Assembly: GCA_044229975.1 (NCBI GenBank) | Contig: JBGARZ010000010.1 | Span: 1-64,000, forward strand | Source of the DNA: Polyangiales bacterium | GTDB lineage: Bacteria; Myxococcota_A; Polyangia; Polyangiales; Ga0077539 | Length of the DNA stretch: 64,000 nucleotides | Direction: 5' to 3' | Shown here: positions 57,606 to 64,000 of the stretch, piece by piece | Layout: every line of letters starts with the position of its first letter | Numbering within the stretch: the stretch's first letter is position 1 | Notes under the pieces: model-generated | What the model saw: the letters and a program-made list of their open reading frames with translations, nothing else | What the model was told of the DNA's origin: nothing | Database searches by the model: none | Program-made: the position numbers and the translations under genes

Positions 57606-59543
57606 ATGGGATTGTTCAAGGTCCGGCCGTCTCGGGGTTCGTGGGCCTTCTTCGTCATCATCACCGTGACCACCATCACCAGATGGCGATGGGGCATCCA
57701 CGAGCAGACGGTCACCCGCAGCGACGCGCCCGCCGCCGAGAGCGCCCGCGCCTTCGCCACCTGCCTCTTCGGCTCCAACATCACCTGGGTTCTCCGCGAC
57801 GATGACCCCGAGGCCCGCCCCGCCATCGCGGGGGCCGCCATCCCGCCGCTGACGCCCGAAGCGCGCAAGGCACTCTGGGCGCAGAACATCAACGCGTGGC
57901 TCCGGCCGCACGCCGCGAGCTGGCTCGAACAGTCGTGGCCCCTGTCGCGCGATGCCGTCGAGCGCCCCGACGTCACGTGGCCCGCCCGCTGCGTCGCGCC
58001 GCTCAACGAGCTCGACCAGCGGCGCCGGAGCGCCACGGAGCACTCGGCGCGCCTCGGGGGCACCATCGTCGCCGTGCGCCAGATGCTCCAGCAGACACAG
58101 ACGAGCAACCGCAGCGCGCGCGTCGCGACCCTCACCGAGCTGCTCAAGATCGTCGACGACGGCAGCCTCGCGGGGCAGCTCGCGCTGCTCTTCACCGACG
58201 TGCGCGAGCTCTCCCTCGGCACCCGCAACCGGTGGGAGCCAACACCACTGCGGGCGGAGCTGTACCCCGCGTTCGCCGACCCGGAGGTGCCGCGCTGGCA
58301 GAGCGTTCATCCGGGGCAGGAGCAGGTCGTGCTGGCCTCGCCGTCGGTGTACTTCTACCGATCGTCCTGGGATGGGCGCACGCACCGGGTGGACTTCGAC
58401 CGCCACCCACACCTCGACAACCCGGTGAGCGACGCGGTGCTCTGGCGCGAGACCCCACGCGGCGGCGTGCTGCGGGCATCGACGGAGCAGGGCGGCGCGG
58501 TGGTCACCACCCAGCACGCCGTACAGATGGTGGCGCTGCCCGACGAGCCGGGCGTGGCGCGCCATGGGCCGTACTTCGACTGGCAGGCCGCGACCAACGA
58601 TCGGGGCATGGCGTGGGTGACGACCACCGACGGGACGGTGCGGCTGCGGTCGCGTCGCTGGACCGCCGCGACACGGTGGAGCGACGCCGTGGTGCTCGGT
58701 GTTCCGCAGGGCTACCAAGGGTCGGTGGTGTCGCGGGAGCCGCTCGACAACACGCGTTGGCGGGTCACCGCGGTGCGGCCGCCTGCGGTCGACGTGGTGA
58801 TGGAGCAGTACGTGGTGACCACGGCCGACGACGCCGCGCCGGTGGTGACGCCCGGCGCGCGGGCCGTGGTGGAGGAGTTTCCGCTGGTGCGGAAGACGCT
58901 GACGTGCGGCGCCGAGGCGGTGCAGTACGTGGCGCTGCTGGCGGACACGACGGCCGCGGTCGTGCGCGTCGAGGGCGATCGCATCACGGTGGTGCCCGCG
59001 GTGGTGTCGGGCGAGCGGACGATCCCGTGGGGCGACGCGCCGACGCTGCGCTGCGACGTGGGGCGGGCGCTGCTGGTGACCGATCCCGATCAGCCCGTGA
59101 TGGACGCGCCGGCCTGGGTGGTGACCTTCCCGGTGGCGGGCGTCCCGAGGGTGTCGCCGGTGGGGCCGCTGCCGTATGCCACTGGAAGCCTGCCGCGTCA
59201 GCTGCTGCTGGTGGACGACGGGCTGGTGGCGGTGGCGGCCCACGCGTCGGCGCTGCGGGCGTGGCGGCGGCCGTTGCAGTCGACGGACTGGGAGCCGGTC
59301 GGCTTCCTGGCGGCGCTCACGCTCTCGGCGCAGGTGACGCGCGCGGTGCGCTCGCTGCGCGCGGTGTCGCAGGGGTCTTCGCTGGCGGTGTGGGTCGAGG
59401 GCGACACGGTCACGCGGCGCACGGAGGCGGTGCCCGCGACGGAGTCGGGCGGTGAGGCGACGACGCGGGTGACGGAGACCCGGGTGCCCTACCGGGTGCT
59501 GATGATGTCCAACGACAGCGGGCGCAGCTTCGCGGGGCTGTGA
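57606..59543 (+). CDS. hypothetical membrane-anchored protein
   Basis: 645-aa ORF with an N-terminal hydrophobic segment. Confidence 0.65.
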   Translation: MGLFKVRPSRGSWAFFVIITVTTITRWRWGIHEQTVTRSDAPAAESARAFATCLFGSNITWVLRDDDPEARPAIAGAAIPPLTPEARKALWAQNINAWLRPHAASWLEQSWPLSRDAVERPDVTWPARCVAPLNELDQRRRSATEHSARLGGTIVAVRQMLQQTQTSNRSARVATLTELLKIVDDGSLAGQLALLFTDVRELSLGTRNRWEPTPLRAELYPAFADPEVPRWQSVHPGQEQVVLASPSVYFYRSSWDGRTHRVDFDRHPHLDNPVSDAVLWRETPRGGVLRASTEQGGAVVTTQHAVQMVALPDEPGVARHGPYFDWQAATNDRGMAWVTTTDGTVRLRSRRWTAATRWSDAVVLGVPQGYQGSVVSREPLDNTRWRVTAVRPPAVDVVMEQYVVTTADDAAPVVTPGARAVVEEFPLVRKTLTCGAEAVQYVALLADTTAAVVRVEGDRITVVPAVVSGERTIPWGDAPTLRCDVGRALLVTDPDQPVMDAPAWVVTFPVAGVPRVSPVGPLPYATGSLPRQLLLVDDGLVAVAAHASALRAWRRPLQSTDWEPVGFLAALTLSAQVTRAVRSLRAVSQGSSLAVWVEGDTVTRRTEAVPATESGGEATTRVTETRVPYRVLMMSNDSGRSFAGL

Positions 59544-60406
59544 CGGAACCGTCGACGGACAGCGGCAACGGTTGCGAGGTCGTCACGCTGCCCAACGGGC
59601 TGCGCGCGATTCGCGAGCGGGCGAGCGGCGAGGTGATGCACCCGGGCGATGGTCCGCGGGTCGAGGCCGAGTCGGTGTACGTCGCCCCGTCGCGGCTGGG
59701 CGAGCGCTTGCGGGAGGGCGGGGACGAGGCGCTGGTGCTCTACGACGTGGGCCTCGGCGCGGCGACCAACGCCATCACGGCATGGAAGGTGTCGGAGGCG
59801 CAGTCGTCGACGGCGCGGCGCCTGGAGATCGTGAGCTTCGAGCACGACCTCGACGCGCTCAGGCTGGCGCTGCACCCCGACAACGCCGACGCCCTGGGGC
59901 TCACGCGCGACGGCGCCTACGAGGCCGCGAGCGCCCTGCTCCAGTACGGCCACCACGAGACGCCGAGGACGCTCTGGCGCCTCGTCCTGGGGGACTTCCG
60001 CGCGACGCTGGCGCGCATGCCCGAGGCGTACGCCGACGTCGTGTACTGGGATCTGTACTCGCCGCGGACGGCGCCTGCTGTGTGGACGGTGTCGATGTTC
60101 GAGGCGGTGCGGCGCGGCTGCGCGGAGGGCGCGACGCTGCACACGTACAGCGCGTCGACGTCGACGCGGTCGGGCCTCCTGCTGGGAGGTTTCGCCGTTG
60201 GGGTGGGCGAGCGCACGGGCAGCCGCGACGAGACCACCATGGCCGCCACGCGCGTGGGCGACCTGACGCGACCGCTCGGCGCGACGTGGTTCGGTCGGCT
60301 CATGCGCTCGTCGGTTCCGTTTCCGAATGACGTCCCCGATGAGCCGGGCGCGCGGGCCGCGGCGCTGGCGCGGGTGCGTGCGTGCCCGCAGTTCATCGAC
60401 GTCTGA
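59540..60406 (+). CDS. MnmC-type (Methyltransf_30) SAM-dependent methyltransferase
   Basis: GEVMHP, DVGLGAATN, VSFE, VYWDLYSPRTAPAVWT, TYSAS..R.GLLLGGF.V. Confidence 0.8.
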   Translation: MTEPSTDSGNGCEVVTLPNGLRAIRERASGEVMHPGDGPRVEAESVYVAPSRLGERLREGGDEALVLYDVGLGAATNAITAWKVSEAQSSTARRLEIVSFEHDLDALRLALHPDNADALGLTRDGAYEAASALLQYGHHETPRTLWRLVLGDFRATLARMPEAYADVVYWDLYSPRTAPAVWTVSMFEAVRRGCAEGATLHTYSASTSTRSGLLLGGFAVGVGERTGSRDETTMAATRVGDLTRPLGATWFGRLMRSSVPFPNDVPDEPGARAAALARVRACPQFIDV

Positions 60407-60533
60407 GAAGGTCAGCACAGACCTGCTGCGCCCCTCTGATCCAGCGGTCGGCCGCGCTCGAAATACCCCGCGTATGTCTCGCGCGGCCTCCCTCGTCCCG
60501 GGGTGCTCGCGACCGTCTGTGCTGACCTTCTGA
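60404..60533. mobile_element. MITE-like element, copy 2
   Basis: TGA-GAAGGTCAGCACAGACC...CGTCTGTGCTGACCTTC-TGA; core shared with 54149-54277. Confidence 0.75.
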
Positions 60534-60666
60534 CTGTCTGACCCTTGCGACCCCTGCGCCCTTGCGGCTCCCACCCTCACGCCTGACGCGTGTCTCCACA
60601 GCCCGTGGAGAGACGACCACGGCCTCCTCGAATCCTGCGATGATCGCCGACGGAGCCACTGCCCCC

Positions 60667-62523
60667 ATGCGCCATCCGAAGACCCACGCCCTCGCTCGCC
60701 CGCTCACGCTCGTGGTCGCGCTCACTGCCTGCTCGGCAGCCCTCAATCCCGGGGCAGACCTCGATGGCGCCATCGCGACCAATGACTCGGGCACTCCCCC
60801 CGCCGACGTCGGCACTCCCCCCATCGACGTCGGCACCCTCCCCGTCGACGCGCCCGCGCCGGGCGATGTCCCCGCGACGCCCACCGATACCCCCGTCACG
60901 CCGCCCGATGTCCCGGTGCCCACCGACGTGCCTGCTGCGCGCGACGTCCCGACACCCATCGACGTCCAGGTCCCGCGCGATGTGCCCACACCCATCGACG
61001 TGCCCACTGCTCGCGATGTCCCGACGCCCATCGATGTCCCGACGCCCATCGACGTTCCCACGCCCGTCGACGCCGGAACCCCCTCCGCCGGTGTCTCCGT
61101 CACGACCTTCCAGTACGACCGCGCTCGCTCCGGAGCCAACCGCGCCGAGACGCGCCTCACGCCCGCCACCGTGCGCGCGGGCTTCGGTCGCGTGACCGCC
61201 TTCGCGCCGAGCCTCGACGGCGACGTCTACGCCCAGCCGCTCTACCTCCCGGGTGTCGCCATCGGCAGCGCGCGTCGCGACCTGCTCTTCGTCGCCACGC
61301 AGTCCAACTCGATGTACGCGCTCGACGCCGCCACCGGCGCCCAGGTCTGGCGCACCGCGCTCGGGACGCCCGCCCAGCGCTCGATGCAGTCGTGCGGCAA
61401 CATCGGCGGCAACATCGGCGTCGTCAGCACGGGCGTCATCGACCCCGCGACCAACACCCTCTACGCCGTCGCGTTCACCAACACGGGCGGGCTCCAGTTT
61501 CGCCTCAACGCGCTCGACGTCACCACCGGCGCGCAGCGCGCGGGCTACCCCGCCAACATCAATCCCCCCGCCGTGGGCGCGTCGAGCTTCGATGCCCGCG
61601 CGACCGGCCAGCGCGCCGCGCTCCAGCTCATCGACGGCCGCGTGTATGTCCCCTTCGGCGGCCTCTACGGCGACTGCGGCATCTACCACGGCTGGATCGT
61701 CGGCATCGACCCCGCCGACCCCGCGCGGCAGGTGGCCTTCGCGACGCCGGGTCGCGGCTCGGGCATCTGGGCCGTCGGGGGTTCGTCCGTCGACGACACG
61801 GGTCGCATCTTCGTCGCGACGGGCAACAGCACCCCGCTCGGCGGGCACACCCCGGGCTCCATGGGCGAGCGCGTGATTCGCCTCGGTAGTGGCGCCACGG
61901 GCCCCACCGCGTCGACCGCCGCGGACTCGTACTTCGAGCCCAGCGACGCCCGCATGCTCGACCTCCAGGACCTCGACATTGGCTCCGTCAGCCCGATGCT
62001 CATCGCTCCCATCGCGGGCGCGCCGCGGCTCATCTGGCAGGGCGGCAAGGCCGGCGTCAGCTACCTCCTCAACGGCGACAACCTCGGCGGGTCCACCGCC
62101 ACCATCACGCAGGCGCGCTTCTTCTCGGGCGGCAACTACGGGGCGGCGGCGACGTGGTCCAACGGGACGGATACCTTCGCGTTCGTCCCGGGGCGCGGGA
62201 CGCGCGCGGGGTGCAGCGGCTCCGGCGGCGTGATGGCCGTGCGCATCACCGCGGGCGCCATGGCCACCGCGTGGTGCAGCGCGACCGTGAGCAACCCCAA
62301 CCCGCCCGCCGTCTCGTCCAACGGCAACAGCAACGGCATCCTCTGGGTCGCCGGGGCGGGCAACGGGTCCGGCGCGTCGCTGCGCGCCATCGACGTGTCG
62401 ACGGGGGCGGAGATCTTCTCCGACGCGCCCCCGAGCGTGCGGCAGTGGACGCCCGTGGTCGTCGCCGACGGCAGGGTCTACGTCACCGGCTCGGCGACGG
62501 TGTCGCTTTACACCACCCGATAA
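60667..62523 (+). CDS. PQQ-like beta-propeller lipoprotein with Asp-Val-Pro repeat stalk
   Basis: LTAC lipobox; TFQYDRARSGAN, DGDVYAQPL, YALDAATGAQVW, STGVID, HGW, GIW. Confidence 0.85.
   Translation: MRHPKTHALARPLTLVVALTACSAALNPGADLDGAIATNDSGTPPADVGTPPIDVGTLPVDAPAPGDVPATPTDTPVTPPDVPVPTDVPAARDVPTPIDVQVPRDVPTPIDVPTARDVPTPIDVPTPIDVPTPVDAGTPSAGVSVTTFQYDRARSGANRAETRLTPATVRAGFGRVTAFAPSLDGDVYAQPLYLPGVAIGSARRDLLFVATQSNSMYALDAATGAQVWRTALGTPAQRSMQSCGNIGGNIGVVSTGVIDPATNTLYAVAFTNTGGLQFRLNALDVTTGAQRAGYPANINPPAVGASSFDARATGQRAALQLIDGRVYVPFGGLYGDCGIYHGWIVGIDPADPARQVAFATPGRGSGIWAVGGSSVDDTGRIFVATGNSTPLGGHTPGSMGERVIRLGSGATGPTASTAADSYFEPSDARMLDLQDLDIGSVSPMLIAPIAGAPRLIWQGGKAGVSYLLNGDNLGGSTATITQARFFSGGNYGAAATWSNGTDTFAFVPGRGTRAGCSGSGGVMAVRITAGAMATAWCSATVSNPNPPAVSSNGNSNGILWVAGAGNGSGASLRAIDVSTGAEIFSDAPPSVRQWTPVVVADGRVYVTGSATVSLYTTR
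60800..61075 (+). repeat. degenerate 18-bp tandem repeat encoding DVPxPx units
   Basis: PIDVPT/ARDVPT hexapeptide iterations. Confidence 0.8.
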
Positions 62524-62539
62524 TGGTAGGGACGCCGCG

Positions 62540-62827
62540 ATGACCCAATCGCGCGTCGTGTATGAGTCGATGGAGTCGCTGCTCGCGGGCCTGGAGGCGG
62601 CCGGCGTTCGCGCGGTGGGCGTTCGTGCGGTGAGCGAGGTGCGACCGACGCCGACCCCCACGGGGACGGGCATCGTGGTCGGTCACCAGCGGTGGGTCGA
62701 CGTCACGGGCTACCGATCGGGCGTGGTGCACTCGCTGCGGCTCGTCGACGCACTGCCCGAGCCCATCGAGGCCGAGCTGAAGGCGCGCGGGTTCACCGTG
62801 CGAACGGGCAGCGACAATCTGATGTGA
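62540..62827 (+). CDS. small hypothetical protein
   Basis: 95-aa ORF filling the gap between flanking genes. Confidence 0.65.
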   Translation: MTQSRVVYESMESLLAGLEAAGVRAVGVRAVSEVRPTPTPTGTGIVVGHQRWVDVTGYRSGVVHSLRLVDALPEPIEAELKARGFTVRTGSDNLM

Positions 62828-62831
62828 GGCA

Positions 62832-64000
62832 TCAAGCGCTGCGAAGCTGCTTGAGCAGGTCGCCCAGCACCGGCGGGAGCGGCGCCGCGCCCGAGAGCGC
62901 CGCCGCGGTCAGTTGGAAGTCTTCGCCCACCGGGCACCAGCGCGCCCGCACCAGCGCGCCGAAGCGCCCCGACAGCGCGCCCACCATGCCCTCGGCCTGC
63001 GCCTGCACCGCCTCGGGTGCTCCCTCCGACGCCTGCAACGCGAACCAGAACTGCCCCCCGAACACAAACGCCCGCCCGCTCGCGGCGAGCTCCGACAGGA
63101 AGCGACGATCCTCCGGGTGACCCAGGCGCGACGGCGGCAGACGCGCACCCACCAGCCACGTCGAGCGGATGCCCGACGCCATGGTCTGTTGCAGGGCCTC
63201 CTCGCGCGGGACCTGAACCACCGTGGGCGCCTGCACCGGCGGCGCGTACGCGGGCGGCGGCGGTCGGTTGGACAGCACTGACTCCCGCAGCAGCCCGAAG
63301 AAGGCCTTGGCTGAATCGGGCCGCTGGTTGGGGTCGACCCGCAGCGCGGCCATCACCGCGAGCGACAGCGCCTCGGGGATGGGGGGTAGACCCGCGGGCG
63401 CCACCGGCGGCGGAATGGGCAGGTTGGCCCGCTTGAACACGCAGGCCATGATGTTGGCCTCGTTGGCGAAGGGGATCGTCCCGGTGAGGATCTCGTACAG
63501 GATCAGCGCCGCCGCATAGACGTCACTGCGCGAGTCCACGGTGCCGCCCATGAACTGCTCCGGGGGCATGTACGCGGGCGTCCCGACGATCATCCCGGTG
63601 CTCGTGAAGCGCGTCACCACGCCCTCCTCGACGGGGCGCGCGATGCCGAAATCGATGAGCTTCGGCGTCTCCGGCGTGCCCGGCGCGATCACCACGTTGG
63701 AGGGCTTCAGGTCGCGGTGCACCAGGCCCTGCTCGTGGATCGCCCCGAGGCCCCGCAGCAGTCCGCGAAACACCTCCAAGCCCACGCTCCACGGCTGCAC
63801 CCCGCGCGCGATGCGGTGCTCCAGCGACTCCCCCTGAACAAACTCCATCACGATGCACGGCGACCCGTCGTCGAGCATCCCGTAGTCGAGCACCGACACC
63901 ACGTTGGGGTGCCGCACCTTCGCCATGAGCTGCGCCTCGCGCTTGAAGCGCCCGAGCGAGACCGCGTCGCGCTCGCCGAGCAGCACCTTGAGCGCGACCG
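62832..64000 (-). CDS. Hanks-type Ser/Thr protein kinase (5' end outside the window)
   Basis: VALK, RFKREA, HPNVV, HRDLKPSN, DFGIA, GTPAYMPPEQ, SDVY. Confidence 0.95.
   Translation of the reverse strand, partial: VALKVLLGERDAVSLGRFKREAQLMAKVRHPNVVSVLDYGMLDDGSPCIVMEFVQGESLEHRIARGVQPWSVGLEVFRGLLRGLGAIHEQGLVHRDLKPSNVVIAPGTPETPKLIDFGIARPVEEGVVTRFTSTGMIVGTPAYMPPEQFMGGTVDSRSDVYAAALILYEILTGTIPFANEANIMACVFKRANLPIPPPVAPAGLPPIPEALSLAVMAALRVDPNQRPDSAKAFFGLLRESVLSNRPPPPAYAPPVQAPTVVQVPREEALQQTMASGIRSTWLVGARLPPSRLGHPEDRRFLSELAASGRAFVFGGQFWFALQASEGAPEAVQAQAEGMVGALSGRFGALVRARWCPVGEDFQLTAAALSGAAPLPPVLGDLLKQLRSA

Noticed and set aside
60800..61075. Regularly spaced repeats as a possible CRISPR array
   Set aside because: Degenerate in-frame 18-bp coding repeats with no unique spacers and no cas genes

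Overview
Very GC-rich bacterial chromosomal window. Gene content (Cys-rich lipoproteins, Asp-Val-Pro repeat stalks, Hanks-type kinase, Uma2 and Rpn relics) suggests Myxococcota/Polyangiales; this taxonomy is an inference. Left end: HipBA-like toxin-antitoxin pair. 3.3-18.3 kb: a potassium island with kup, an internally deleted nhaD relic, a small peptide-kdpFABC-porin operon, and a convergent non-canonical regulatory operon (small membrane protein, KdpD N-terminal half only, REC/TPR-like protein, sigma54 enhancer-binding response regulator, HAMP histidine kinase; no kdpE). An 18-bp palindrome TCGTGCA-N4-TGCACGA lies 41-42 bp upstream of sigma54 -24/-12 boxes at three promoters in this island, which suggests a sigma54-controlled Kdp regulon. 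The middle holds accessory genes: MarR-hydrolase-MFS, an XRE/ImmA-like switch relic, rpiA, WYL/GFA, a spermidine synthase fusion, TetR-thiolase, arfB, an mltD-like gene, mscS and a CaCA antiporter. Right end: a 5'-nucleotidase/OB-fold-like lipoprotein/outer-membrane barrel operon, a PQQ-like propeller lipoprotein and a partial Ser/Thr kinase. Non-coding highlights are a perfect 86-bp inverted repeat that supplies the mscS stop codon, and two copies of a ~125-bp MITE-like element inserted at TGA stop codons, one of which is read in frame as a lipoprotein signal peptide. No rRNA, tRNA or CRISPR array was seen. All family calls come from motif recognition, not database searches.
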